Assembly (NCBI GenBank): GCA_948806215.1 | Contig: CAQIDI010000002.1 | Coordinates: forward strand, 93,602 to 157,601 | Direction: 5' to 3' | From: an uncultured Eubacteriales bacterium | Lineage (GTDB): Bacteria > Bacillota > Clostridia > Christensenellales > UBA1242 | DNA: 64,000 nt | Shown here: piece after piece, positions 49,106 through 58,346 of the stretch | How the letters are laid out: the number at the start of each line of letters is the position of its first letter | Position numbering within the stretch: the first letter of the stretch is position 1 | Translations under genes and position numbers: made by a program | The notes under the pieces: generated by a model | Told to the model about the DNA's origin: nothing | Database searches by the model: none | What the model saw: the letters and a program-made list of their open reading frames with translations, nothing else

Positions 49106-49873
49106 ATGGGAAAAGTTGTAAGTTTTATAAATCAGAAAGGTGGCGTTGGTAAAACAACCACTTGCGTTAATATGGCTAGTTATTTAGCTGTTATGGGCAA
49201 AAAGGTTTTGTTGCTTGATTTAGACCCACAAGGAAATGCAACATCTAGTATGGGTATCGAAAAAGAAGGTATTAAAACCATTTACGATGTTATCGTTGAT
49301 GATAATGTTGTGGAAGAAGTTATTGTTAAAAGCAAAGTTAACAACTTAGAAGTTATTCCTAGTTCGGTTGATTTGGCTGGTGCAGAAATAGAATTGGTGC
49401 AAATGAATAATCGTGAAAAAGTTTTAAAGAAAATTTTAAACTCGGTTAGAAACAGCTACGACTATGTTTGCATCGACTGCCCTCCAAGCTTAGGCTTGCT
49501 TACTGTTAACGGTCTAACTGCTAGCGATTCTGTAATAATACCAATTCAGTGCGAATACTTTGCATTAGAAGGTTTAAGCCAATTAATGTATACTATTAAA
49601 CTTGTTAAAAAGCATTTAAACCCTGATATTGATATTGAAGGTGTTGTTTTAACTATGAAGGATTCTCGTAGTAACCTAGGAAACTCGGTAGCAGACGAAA
49701 TTGGAAAATACTTCAATAAAAAGGTATACGACACAATAATCCCGCGTAATATTAGGTTAGCTGAAGCTCCTAGTTATGGTGAACCAATTTGCTTATACGA
49801 CCCTAAATGTAATGGGGCTTTTGCTTATAAGCTTTTAACCGAAGAATTTTTGAAACGAAATAAAAATAAATAA
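49106..49873 (+). CDS. parA: Chromosome partitioning ATPase ParA/Soj
   Basis: Deviant Walker A NQKGGVGKTT. ATG at 49106, 5 nt after AAGGAAG. Confidence 0.93.
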   Translation: MGKVVSFINQKGGVGKTTTCVNMASYLAVMGKKVLLLDLDPQGNATSSMGIEKEGIKTIYDVIVDDNVVEEVIVKSKVNNLEVIPSSVDLAGAEIELVQMNNREKVLKKILNSVRNSYDYVCIDCPPSLGLLTVNGLTASDSVIIPIQCEYFALEGLSQLMYTIKLVKKHLNPDIDIEGVVLTMKDSRSNLGNSVADEIGKYFNKKVYDTIIPRNIRLAEAPSYGEPICLYDPKCNGAFAYKLLTEEFLKRNKNK

Positions 49874-50037
49874 AAATTATGGGTTTCTGACAAAAAAGTG
49901 GTGTTATAACCTAATAAAATTAAAGATAGTAAAAATTATGGTTATTAAATTATAACTTATAATAAATAATAAAATATAATGTTTAAGTTATAAAAACATA
50001 ACCAAACAATAAATAAAAATTAAAAGGATTAATTAAT

Positions 50038-50934
50038 ATGGATAAAAAAGGTTTAGGTCGTGGACTTGGTAGTTTGCTAGGAGTTTTTGATGAACCAGAA
50101 GAAAACTTAGAAATAAAAAAGAACGACGCTGGCAAAATAGAAGAGATTAACGGAGAAAAGGTTGTTGATATTGATATTAAGTTAATTGATAACAATCCTA
50201 ACCAACCGCGTAAGAATTTTGACCCTACTGCCCTAAAAGAACTTTCAGATAGCATTAAGGTGCACGGTGTTATTCAACCAATTATTGTTAATAAAGCTGG
50301 CACAAGATATATGATAGTTGCCGGAGAACGCCGATTTAGAGCAAGTAAGTTGGCTGGCTTAAAAGTTATTCCTGCTATTGTTAAAAACTACACAGAACAA
50401 CAAATAAAAGAAATTTCGTTGCTTGAAAACATTCAGCGTGAAGATTTGAACCCTATTGAAGTAAGCCGAGCTATGAAGGAACTTTTAGAACTTTATGGCT
50501 GGACACAAGATGTTTTAGCAGATAGGCTTGGTAAAAGCCGCCCTGCCATTGCAAATAGTTTAAGATTATTAACTTTGCAACCAGAAGTTATCGAACTTAT
50601 TGAAAGTGGCAAATTAAGTGCCGGACACGCGCGTAGCTTAGTTGTTGTAACCGATCCTGCAACACAAATTAAGCTTGCAAAACTTGCAATAACCAAAAAG
50701 GTTACTGTTAGGGATTTAGAAAAGGCTGTTAAAGAATTAACCAATCCAACCAAACCAAAAGTTAAGGTGGAAGCAAGTGCCGAACTTAAAGAGTTAATTG
50801 ATATTATGCAACATAAGTTTGCAACCAAAGTTAGCTTTTTAGGAAACGATAAAAAAGGTAGAATTTATATTGATTATTATTCTTCTGACGACCTTGATAG
50901 AATTTTAGATTTGTTAAATAAAATAAAAGAATAA
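50038..50934 (+). CDS. parB: Chromosome partitioning protein ParB/Spo0J
   Basis: GLGRGLGSLL, NPNQPRKNF, the GERRFRA arginine patch and an HTH segment. Confidence 0.93.
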   Translation: MDKKGLGRGLGSLLGVFDEPEENLEIKKNDAGKIEEINGEKVVDIDIKLIDNNPNQPRKNFDPTALKELSDSIKVHGVIQPIIVNKAGTRYMIVAGERRFRASKLAGLKVIPAIVKNYTEQQIKEISLLENIQREDLNPIEVSRAMKELLELYGWTQDVLADRLGKSRPAIANSLRLLTLQPEVIELIESGKLSAGHARSLVVVTDPATQIKLAKLAITKKVTVRDLEKAVKELTNPTKPKVKVEASAELKELIDIMQHKFATKVSFLGNDKKGRIYIDYYSSDDLDRILDLLNKIKE

Positions 50935-50994
50935 AAGGTTTTTAAAAAATTTTATTATTATATTTTTATTTAAAATTTATTAAATTATCATATT

Positions 50995-51027
50995 AAAAAA
51001 ACGGCTTATTTTAGCCGTTTTTTTTAT
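50995..51027 (+). terminator. Rho-independent terminator after parB
   Basis: AAACGGCT-tatttt-AGCCGTTT followed by T7. Confidence 0.8.
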
Positions 51028-51057
51028 TTTATGAGTTATTTAAAGTTTTTATTAGCA

Positions 51058-51087
51058 ATAAAAAAGAACCTTAAAAAAGGTTCTTTT
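51058..51087 (-). terminator. Terminator after cvpA
   Basis: AAGAACC-ttaaaaaa-GGTTCTT, with a T-run on the minus strand. Confidence 0.7.
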
Positions 51088-51098
51088 ATTTAACTTAA

Positions 51099-51800
51099 TT
51101 ATGCTCTGGTATCGGTTAACACATAGCAAACATTACCATCGGTAACATATTGTGTGTTATTAGCTTCAACTGCTTTAGCTGCAGGATCTGTGCCTTTACC
51201 AAGAATATCCTCTATTCTTTTTTCTAAGTTGTCGCCAACCCAAGTGCTAACATATTTGTAAACAAAGTTTGTAACTTGGTTTTTATCTTGAATTTCTTTA
51301 ACAATAGAATTATTTGGAACAAAAACTGAAATAACTGTAACTAAACCAAGAGCAACGCATCCAATTAAGAAACCTTTAGCAGCACCAAATATCATTCCTA
51401 GAACTCTATTTAATCCGCTAACTGCACTGCTAGATGCTGTAACATTATCAAATAATTTAGATAATAACCAAATTGCAAGTTTAATTAATAACCAAACACA
51501 AACAACTGCAAGAATTATTGTGCAAGTGTTAGCAAGTTGAGTAGGTGTGAAAACCTTTCCAAATAATGTTGCGCCTTCTGCAGGAACCCAACCCCAAGCA
51601 ACCATTTTTTCTGCAAAGAATGCATTACAATTAGTTATGTTATTTAGGAATGCAGCAACATATTTGCTTGCTAAAATAGCAACTATAATAGATAATGCGG
51701 TGCTAAAAATTGAAAGAATAGATTCAAATAAGCCTCTAGCTAAACCAACAATAGCAAACACCACAATAAGTGCAATGAAAACAATATCAATCCAACCCAT
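51099..51800 (-). CDS. cvpA: CvpA-family membrane protein
   Basis: MGWIDIVFIALIVVFAIVGLARGLFESILS matches the CvpA N-terminal signature. Four or five TM segments. Confidence 0.75.
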   Translation of the reverse strand: MGWIDIVFIALIVVFAIVGLARGLFESILSIFSTALSIIVAILASKYVAAFLNNITNCNAFFAEKMVAWGWVPAEGATLFGKVFTPTQLANTCTIILAVVCVWLLIKLAIWLLSKLFDNVTASSSAVSGLNRVLGMIFGAAKGFLIGCVALGLVTVISVFVPNNSIVKEIQDKNQVTNFVYKYVSTWVGDNLEKRIEDILGKGTDPAAKAVEANNTQYVTDGNVCYVLTDTRA

Positions 51801-51987
51801 AATTAACTCCTCTTATGATTTTTTATTATTTTATTAATAATAATATATCATATAAATTAATAAATGTCACTATCTAGAACCAATATTTTTTTTCAATATT
51901 AAAAATTTGTCTAATTTTAGGGTTAATTTATTAAAAGTTTTTTTTAGGCAATAATAAAAAAAACAAAAAATAAGGGGTTTAAACGCT

Positions 51988-52512
51988 GTGGGATATTATA
52001 GTTATTTGGGTAAAAATGCAAAAAAAAATTTAGCATACGAAATTGGAGGAAAGTTAATAGATTCTAATCCAGTTTTTTTGTGTGTGGGAAATAGCAATGT
52101 TGTGGGCGATTGTTTTGGCCCTTTGGTTGGCGAAATTTTAAGCAATAAGTACCAAATTAAGCGAGTTTTTGGAACTTTAAAACATAATGTAACAAGCAAA
52201 AATTTGACAGAAGTTTATGATTTTATAAAATTAAAATTTCCATTTAGTAAAATTGTTATTGTGGATGCCGCATTAACTCAAGAAGAAAATGTTGGTTTAA
52301 TTAATTTTTTAAATTCTGGATGTGTTCCTGCACACACAACCAATTTTAAAATTTTTGGCGATTATAGTTTGCTTGGTTTAACCAACGTAACTGGTGTTAG
52401 CGGGTTAAACTTTTTAAAAACAGTTAAGTTTAATATGGTTTTAAATATGGCGAATTTTGTTTCTGATGCCATATTTAAAAGTTTAAAACTAATTAATTTA
52501 GCAAGTTTTTAA
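51988..52512 (+). CDS. yyaC: YyaC-like putative sporulation protease (DUF1256)
   Basis: FLCVGNSNVVGDCFGPLVGEIL resembles the YyaC CIGTDRSTGDSLGPLVG motif. GTG start. Lies next to parB, as in Bacillus. Confidence 0.6.
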   Translation: MGYYSYLGKNAKKNLAYEIGGKLIDSNPVFLCVGNSNVVGDCFGPLVGEILSNKYQIKRVFGTLKHNVTSKNLTEVYDFIKLKFPFSKIVIVDAALTQEENVGLINFLNSGCVPAHTTNFKIFGDYSLLGLTNVTGVSGLNFLKTVKFNMVLNMANFVSDAIFKSLKLINLASF

Positions 52513-52683
52513 CACAAAAAATAAAATGTTTAACTAACAAAATTTGGTAAAAACAATTTAAAAATTTTGAAATTTATTGTATTATTTTATTATGTAATAT
52601 TAATAGACTATTATATTATACTATACAATAATTTTAAATTATGGTAGAATTAGTCTGCATTAAAAATTTGGAGGAAAAGTTTT

Positions 52684-55077
52684 TTGGATAACAAGAAAAA
52701 AAGTAAAGCATCCGGAATTTTAACAGTAATAATTTTAGTTCTGGCTGTTATTTTAGTGTTTTGGCTAGCTGGTTCAGGAAGTAACGGAAAGCGTATTGAC
52801 TGGACATCGTTTGAAAATATGATGGAAGCAGGAGAAATTTCCGATGTTTATTTAAGCAACGGAATTGGAAAAGTTAGAAGGGTTGATAGTAACATAACCG
52901 ACCGTGACTGGCCTAAAAATTCTGATTATTATTTCGAATATGTGTTTAGCGCACAAATAGAACGCATTTATGAATTTAACGATAAAATTAACAAAGCAAA
53001 TGGCAAGGGATTAGAAGCAAACGAAACCGCCGACGATTATATTGCATACAAAAACTTTGCAAGAATTTCGATTGAAAGTGTTCCTGCCAAACCTAGTTTC
53101 TTAGAAACATTGTTGCCATATGTTAGCGTTGTTATTGTTTTAGTTATTGGCATTTTAATGTTTAAAATGTTAAGTGGCAAAAGTAGCCCGGCAGGTGGCT
53201 TTGGAAAAAGCAAAGTAAAACTAATGGATAAATCCACAGTTAAGTTTGACGATATTGCCGGTGCAGAAGAAGAAAAAGAAGAAACCAAAGAAATTGTTGA
53301 GTTTTTAAAAAATCCAGAAAGATTTAAAAACTTGGGCGCAAGAATACCAAAAGGTATTTTGTTAGTAGGACCACCGGGAACAGGTAAAACCTTGCTTGCA
53401 AAAGCAGTTGCAGGGGAAAGTAATGTTCCGTTCTATTCTATTAGTGGTTCTGACTTTGTGGAATTATATGTTGGTGTGGGTGCAAGCCGTGTTAGAGATT
53501 TATTTGATACAGCAAAACAACATTCACCTTGCATTGTGTTTATTGATGAAATAGATGCAGTTGGCCGTCAGCGCGGAGCAGGGCTTGGTGGCGGAAACGA
53601 TGAAAGAGAACAAACATTAAACCAACTATTAGTAGAAATGGATGGTTTTGAAAGTAACACCGGAATTATTGTGTTGGCAGCAACCAACCGTGCCGATGTT
53701 TTAGATCCAGCACTACTTCGTCCGGGTAGATTTGACCGTCAAATAATGGTTTATCCGCCAGATGTTAAAGGTCGTGAAGGAATTATTAAAATTCACGCTA
53801 AAAACAAACCTATCGATCCAGAAGTTAACTTAACTGCAATAGCCAGATTAACAAGCGGATTTACTGGTGCAGATATTGAAAACTTCCTAAACGAAGCCGC
53901 AATTCTAGCAGCGCGTGATGGAAGACTTACAATAACAATGGAAGATATTACCGAAGGTATTAACAAAGTTGTGGCTGGCCCTCAGAAAAAGAGCCAACTA
54001 ATAACCGAAGAAGATAAAAAAGTTACAGCTTATCACGAATCTGGACACGCAATTTTATCAAAGCTTTTAAACTATGGCGAACAAGTTCACGAAGTTTCAA
54101 TTATTCCTCGTGGAAACGCAGGCGGATTTACTTTAAACCGTCCAGATAACGATAATAATTATATGTTCTATAACAAACTATGCGATAGAATAACCATGAC
54201 AATGGGTGGCAGAATTGCCGAAGAATTAGTGTTTGGCGATATAACTCCGGGTGCTAGTTCCGATATTGACCACGCAACCAAAATTGCAAGAAGAATGGTT
54301 ACCGAATGGGGTATGAGCAAAAACCTAGGATTTATTAACTTGGGTAGTTCAAACGAAGTGTTTATTGGTAGAGATTATCAAACACAAGTAAACTATTCTG
54401 AAAAAACTGCATCGTTAATCGATGAAGAAATTAAGGCTATTTTGGATAAATGCTATAAAAAAGGAAAAGATTTATTAACTAAAAATCGTAAGATTTTAGA
54501 AAATATGGCACAATTACTATTACTTAAAGAAACTATTTACACCGAAGAAGTTCAAGCAATAGTAGATGGCAAAGATTATAGAAAGGTTGCAGAAGAACTT
54601 GATGTTAAAGAAAAAGCTGCTGCCGCAAAAAATGCAGAACGCAAAAAACAAGCCGAAGAAGAAAATTTGCGTAAGATGCAAGAACTAAAATTAAAAGCAG
54701 CCGAAGCTTTAAGCAATGCAGGAGTTATTACCAAACAAGATTTGGAAATAATAAAAGAAGAAACAAAAAAATTAAACGAATTAGAAAAAACCGAAAAACT
54801 TGCAACTCAACAAAGCAACGAAAAAGTTGAATCTGAAAATGCTGAAACCAAAGTTGAAAAGGTTGAACAAGTTAAACCTAAAACTTCAAGCAAAGCAAAA
54901 TCAACTACTGCAAAAAAGCAAACTGCAAAAACTTCAAGCACAACAAAGGCTTCAAAATCAAGTGCTTCCGGCGAAAACAAAACCATTAGCCCAAAGACTA
55001 AAGCACAAACTAATAAAACTACCAAAAAGTCTGAAAGCAAAAAAACAAATAATAACGACCAAAACAAACAAGGCTAA
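52684..55077 (+). CDS. ftsH: ATP-dependent zinc metalloprotease FtsH with a long low-complexity C-terminal extension
   Basis: TTG start 9 nt after GGAGG. Walker [12 protein letters not shown], and the zinc site HESGHA. The last ~190 aa are Lys/Ala/Thr/Ser-rich. Confidence 0.95.
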   Translation: MDNKKKSKASGILTVIILVLAVILVFWLAGSGSNGKRIDWTSFENMMEAGEISDVYLSNGIGKVRRVDSNITDRDWPKNSDYYFEYVFSAQIERIYEFNDKINKANGKGLEANETADDYIAYKNFARISIESVPAKPSFLETLLPYVSVVIVLVIGILMFKMLSGKSSPAGGFGKSKVKLMDKSTVKFDDIAGAEEEKEETKEIVEFLKNPERFKNLGARIPKGILLVGPPGTGKTLLAKAVAGESNVPFYSISGSDFVELYVGVGASRVRDLFDTAKQHSPCIVFIDEIDAVGRQRGAGLGGGNDEREQTLNQLLVEMDGFESNTGIIVLAATNRADVLDPALLRPGRFDRQIMVYPPDVKGREGIIKIHAKNKPIDPEVNLTAIARLTSGFTGADIENFLNEAAILAARDGRLTITMEDITEGINKVVAGPQKKSQLITEEDKKVTAYHESGHAILSKLLNYGEQVHEVSIIPRGNAGGFTLNRPDNDNNYMFYNKLCDRITMTMGGRIAEELVFGDITPGASSDIDHATKIARRMVTEWGMSKNLGFINLGSSNEVFIGRDYQTQVNYSEKTASLIDEEIKAILDKCYKKGKDLLTKNRKILENMAQLLLLKETIYTEEVQAIVDGKDYRKVAEELDVKEKAAAAKNAERKKQAEEENLRKMQELKLKAAEALSNAGVITKQDLEIIKEETKKLNELEKTEKLATQQSNEKVESENAETKVEKVEQVKPKTSSKAKSTTAKKQTAKTSSTTKASKSSASGENKTISPKTKAQTNKTTKKSESKKTNNNDQNKQG

Positions 55078-55144
55078 TTTGCTTTGACAAAATTGTTAAT
55101 TATTATTAAACTTATTCTAGAAATAAAAACATAAGGAAATAAAT

Positions 55145-55762
55145 ATGAAAAACACTTTAACAAAAGTTTTAACCATAGTTGCATTATGCTTGTTTAGTGC
55201 TATAGCAATAACAGCAATAGTGTTGGCTATTGTTAAGCGTGATTATAACCAAGTTGTTAACTCCGATGTTATATCTATCGAAGTTAAAAAAGCAGGGGCT
55301 AGCAATGTTTATTTAAAGGATGACACCGAAGAAGAAAATCGCACCGTGTTTAACGACCTACTAAATAAATATTATCAAGGAACAAAAGAAAGCATTTTAA
55401 GTTCTTTATTCCAAGGTGCATATTCAAGCGATGCCGAAGCAGAAGTTGTTAAAACAACCACAACTGTTAGTTCGCTATCAGCTTCTAGCGAAGTATTTTA
55501 TTTAAGATTTTATTTTGGGCCAGAACAAACTTTAAAAATTAATAATAAAGTTTACGAAGATACCAGATTAACAACTCTTGATAAAACAGTTAAATTTAAA
55601 TCGGTTATTTTAAAAGTTGAAAATAACACAACATTAAACAAAGTAACTATGTATATTGTTGATAGTTCTTATCCAAGCACAAGCTATTATCAAGTTAAAT
55701 ATACAACTCATCATAGTGCTTTATTTGATTATATCGAAGATTTAGAATATCCAGGCTTATAA
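55145..55762 (+). CDS. Membrane-anchored protein of unknown function
   Basis: 205 aa: a single N-terminal TM segment, then a soluble domain. AAGGAAA SD upstream. Confidence 0.5.
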   Translation: MKNTLTKVLTIVALCLFSAIAITAIVLAIVKRDYNQVVNSDVISIEVKKAGASNVYLKDDTEEENRTVFNDLLNKYYQGTKESILSSLFQGAYSSDAEAEVVKTTTTVSSLSASSEVFYLRFYFGPEQTLKINNKVYEDTRLTTLDKTVKFKSVILKVENNTTLNKVTMYIVDSSYPSTSYYQVKYTTHHSALFDYIEDLEYPGL

Positions 55763-55783
55763 AATATAACTAAGCAAAAAAAT

Positions 55784-55809
55784 AAACACACCAATTTGGT
55801 GTGTTTTTT
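55784..55809. terminator. Bidirectional terminator
   Basis: AAACACACC-aattt-GGTGTGTTT, flanked by A/T runs. Confidence 0.8.
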
Positions 55810-56008
55810 ATTCTAAACCTAATAAATAATCTGTGGTGCATTTAAAGAATTTTGCTAGGGCAATTAAAGTATCTACTGATGGAGTGCGACTGCCTTTTTC
55901 CAATTTAGCAATACAAGCTTGGCTCAAACCAGTTTCTTTAGAAAGTTGTGTTTGAGTTAAATTATTATCTATTCGCAAATCCTTTAATCTTTCAGGAAAT
56001 TTGTCCAT
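55808..56008 (-). CDS. XRE-family HTH repressor (paralog A)
   Basis: 66 aa: ERLKDLRIDNNLTQTQLSKETGLSQACIAKLEKGSRTP...LAKFFKCTTDYLLGL. Confidence 0.8.
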   Translation of the reverse strand: MDKFPERLKDLRIDNNLTQTQLSKETGLSQACIAKLEKGSRTPSVDTLIALAKFFKCTTDYLLGLE

Positions 56009-56061
56009 TACTTGCCCCTATAAATTTTTTATAATTATATGGCAAAAGTAATAATAATGTC

Positions 56062-56090
56062 TTGACATATGGCAACTGTCATAATATAAT
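56062..56090 (+). promoter_or_regulatory. Consensus promoter facing away from XRE-A, towards the 3' end of XRE-B
   Basis: TTGACA (56062-56067), 17-nt spacer, TATAAT (56085-56090). Confidence 0.55.
56068..56083. promoter_or_regulatory. Palindromic operator OA1
   Basis: TATGGCA-AC-TGTCATA. It occupies the promoter spacer. Confidence 0.5.
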
Positions 56091-56097
56091 AAATATA

Positions 56098-56113
56098 TAT
56101 GACACTTGCCATA
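56098..56113. promoter_or_regulatory. Palindromic operator OA2
   Basis: TATGACA-CT-TGCCATA, 30 bp centre to centre from OA1. Confidence 0.5.
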
Positions 56114-56123
56114 TTATATTGAA

Positions 56124-56146
56124 TAAAAAAACGGAAAGTTCCGTTT
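56124..56146 (-). terminator. Terminator after XRE-B
   Basis: AAACGGAA-agt-TTCCGTTT, with a T-run on the minus strand. Confidence 0.7.
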
Positions 56147-56351
56147 AATAATCAGTTAAGCCTAGCAAATAATCGGTGGTGCAATCAAAAAATTTAGCCA
56201 AAGCTATCAAACAATCCAAGTTTGGGCTTCGGTTTCCAGCTTCCCACCTTGCAATGGTTGTTTGTGTGTAGTTTAATGCTTTTGCTAATTCGCTTTGCGT
56301 TAAGCCTTTTTCTTCTCGCAATTCCTTTAGCCTAATTGATAATTTATTCAT
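56145..56351 (-). CDS. XRE-family HTH repressor (paralog B)
   Basis: 68 aa: IRLKELREEKGLTQSELAKALNYTQTTIARWEAGNRSP...LAKFFDCTTDYLLGL. About 37 of 66 positions are identical to paralog A by manual alignment. Confidence 0.8.
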   Translation of the reverse strand: MNKLSIRLKELREEKGLTQSELAKALNYTQTTIARWEAGNRSPNLDCLIALAKFFDCTTDYLLGLTDY

Positions 56352-56393
56352 ACTATGTCCTTAAACAGTTGTTTTTCTTATGTATTATTAAAA

Positions 56394-56410
56394 TATGGCA
56401 GAATGTCATA
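56394..56410. promoter_or_regulatory. Palindromic operator OB1
   Basis: TATGGCA-GAA-TGTCATA: the same half-sites as OA1 and OA2, but with a 3-bp spacer. Confidence 0.5.
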
Positions 56411-56445
56411 TTATTAATATTTTACGAAAACCATTGTTTAACAAC

Positions 56446-56474
56446 TTGACTTATACCATATTGTCATATATAAT
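56446..56474 (+). promoter_or_regulatory. Near-consensus promoter divergent from XRE-B
   Basis: TTGACT (56446-56451), 17-nt spacer, TATAAT (56469-56474). Confidence 0.55.
56452..56468. promoter_or_regulatory. Operator OB2 filling the promoter spacer
   Basis: TATACCA-TAT-TGTCATA. Confidence 0.45.
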
Positions 56475-56480
56475 ATAACC

Positions 56481-56654
56481 AATCTAAATTATCTTTATTC
56501 ACGAAAACAAAAATAATGGATTTTGCGCATTAGGGGAAATTTGTTCTGTTATTTTAATCATCAAAGATAATTTAGAGCGATGGATACAGTGAAAATTGCT
56601 CAGTCGTAGGGCATTTTTCACAAAAAAAACACCACTAACCTCGGTGTTTTTTTT
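56481..56654 (+). ncRNA. Candidate structured small RNA of about 175 nt (family unknown)
   Basis: Bounded by the promoter at 56446-56474 and a terminator hairpin plus T8 at 56628-56654. A perfect 14-bp helix pairs 56483-56496 with 56563-56576. Inner helix: 56510-56520 with 56545-56555. Second hairpin: 56589-56601 with 56609-56621. No ORF longer than 9 codons and no SD. Confidence 0.4.
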
Positions 56655-56682
56655 ATTTTGTTATAACAATTTTAAGTTTATT

Positions 56683-57054
56683 TTATATTTTATTTTTTGT
56701 TTTATCGTGTTTATTATTAACAATATTAGTCGCCTTTGTTTTTTTAACTGGTTCTTGTTTTTGTTTAACTTCTTCGGTTTGCTTGTTTTCTTCTTCCATA
56801 ACGTCTGCTTTTCCGGTTAGTGTTTCCGACGACCTAAGTTTTTTAATTAGGTTTTTATAATATTGTTTTTGGGTGTGCTTTAATAGTTTTAAAATATCTT
56901 CGTTGTAAGCACCTAAAAAGGTTGTAAAAATATCGCCAGAGTTTGTTAACGAAATGGTTAACAAAGTGCAACAATTTTCATCAATTAAAGTTTGTTTATT
57001 GTTTGTGTTTGTAACTTTAAAGTTTAACTCGTTAGCTGTATCAATTTTTTCCAT
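56683..57054 (-). CDS. Hypothetical protein with a Lys/Glu-rich C-terminus
   Basis: 123-aa ORF, 13 nt downstream of ychF on the same strand. No recognisable motif. Confidence 0.45.
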   Translation of the reverse strand: MEKIDTANELNFKVTNTNNKQTLIDENCCTLLTISLTNSGDIFTTFLGAYNEDILKLLKHTQKQYYKNLIKKLRSSETLTGKADVMEEENKQTEEVKQKQEPVKKTKATNIVNNKHDKTKNKI

Positions 57055-57067
57055 TAATTTTTACTTC

Positions 57068-58165
57068 CTAAACATTAAATTTAAACAGCATAACATCGCC
57101 GTCTTTAACTACATATTCTTTGCCTTCCATTCTAACTTTGCCTTTTTCTTTTGCTTTAACAAAGTTGCCGCATTCAACAAGGTCGACATAACTTACAACT
57201 TCGGCTTTAATAAAGCCGCGTTCAAAGTCGGTGTGAATTTTTCCTGCAGCTTGTGGCGCACAAGTGCCTTTAGTAATTGTCCAAGCACGAACTTCTTTTT
57301 CGCCAGCAGTAAGATAACTAATAAGCCCTAATAAATCGTAGCCAGCAACAATTAACTTATCTAGCCCTGTTTCGGTTAGGCCTAGTTCTTGTTTAAACAT
57401 TTCTGCTTCTTCATCGCTTAGTCCGCAAAGTTCTTCTTCAAATCTTGCACAAACAACCACAGTTTTAGCATTTTCTTTTGTTGCATATTCTTTAACTTGT
57501 TTAACATAGCTAATTTCATCTTCTGGGGTTGCAATGTTATCGTCAGATATGTTAGCACAATAAATAACTGGTTTATCGGTTATTAAAAAGAAACCTTTAA
57601 TTAATTCTTTTTCTTTTTCGGTTGCCTTATAGCTTCTAACTGGTTTTTCTAGTTCCAATGTGGTTTTAAGGTTAACCAAAACTTCAAATTCGGCAGTGGC
57701 TTCTTTAGCCCCAGTTTTAACAGCCTTTTCAACTTTTTCTAATCGCTTAGTAACGGTTTCAAGGTCGGCTAAAATAAGTTCTAAATTAATTTCTTCAATA
57801 TCTCTGGTTGGATTAACATTTCCATCAACGTGAGTTATGTTAGGGTTATCAAAACATCTAACAACGTGCACAATAGCATCAACTTCGCGAATATGGCTTA
57901 AAAATTTGTTGCCCAAGCCTTCGCCACGGCTAGCTCCTTTAACCAAACCAGCAATATCAACAAATTCGATAATTGCAGGGGTTATTTTTTTTGTGTTATA
58001 AATTTCGCCTAAAACATCTAGCCTTCTATCTGGAACAGCAACAATTCCAACATTTGGTTCAATGGTGCAAAACGGATAGTTTTCGCTTGGAATGCTGTTT
58101 TTTGTTATTGCGTTAAATAGTGTGCTTTTGCCCACATTTGGTAAGCCAACCACTCCTAATTTCAT
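57068..58165 (-). CDS. ychF: Ribosome-binding ATPase YchF
   Basis: [19 protein letters not shown], a TGS-like C-terminus, and a typical length of 365 aa. Confidence 0.95.
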   Translation of the reverse strand: MKLGVVGLPNVGKSTLFNAITKNSIPSENYPFCTIEPNVGIVAVPDRRLDVLGEIYNTKKITPAIIEFVDIAGLVKGASRGEGLGNKFLSHIREVDAIVHVVRCFDNPNITHVDGNVNPTRDIEEINLELILADLETVTKRLEKVEKAVKTGAKEATAEFEVLVNLKTTLELEKPVRSYKATEKEKELIKGFFLITDKPVIYCANISDDNIATPEDEISYVKQVKEYATKENAKTVVVCARFEEELCGLSDEEAEMFKQELGLTETGLDKLIVAGYDLLGLISYLTAGEKEVRAWTITKGTCAPQAAGKIHTDFERGFIKAEVVSYVDLVECGNFVKAKEKGKVRMEGKEYVVKDGDVMLFKFNV

Positions 58166-58346
58166 AATTTCACCTCGTTTATTTTTGCATTAAAAGCATA
58201 TCATATTTTTAAAAAATTGTAAAAGTGAATTGGTAACATTAATCATAATAATAAATTTTAAAAAATACAATTAATTATGGTTATTAATAAAAACGATTAA
58301 AAGTTTAAATTATTAGGTTTTAGTTAAAACTTAAATGGAGGGGAGT

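Noticed and set aside
54800-55087. Two additional ORFs (95 aa plus strand, 86 aa minus strand) overlapping the end of ftsH
   Set aside because: Low-complexity AAA/ACA/GCA-rich sequence stays open in several frames. Both lie entirely inside the in-frame FtsH tail and lack start signals.
49935-58287. Identical 14-mer ATTATGGTTATTAA at 49935-49948 and 58274-58287
   Set aside because: In about 64 kb of roughly 70% A+T DNA, several identical 14-mers are expected by chance. The flanks do not extend the match.
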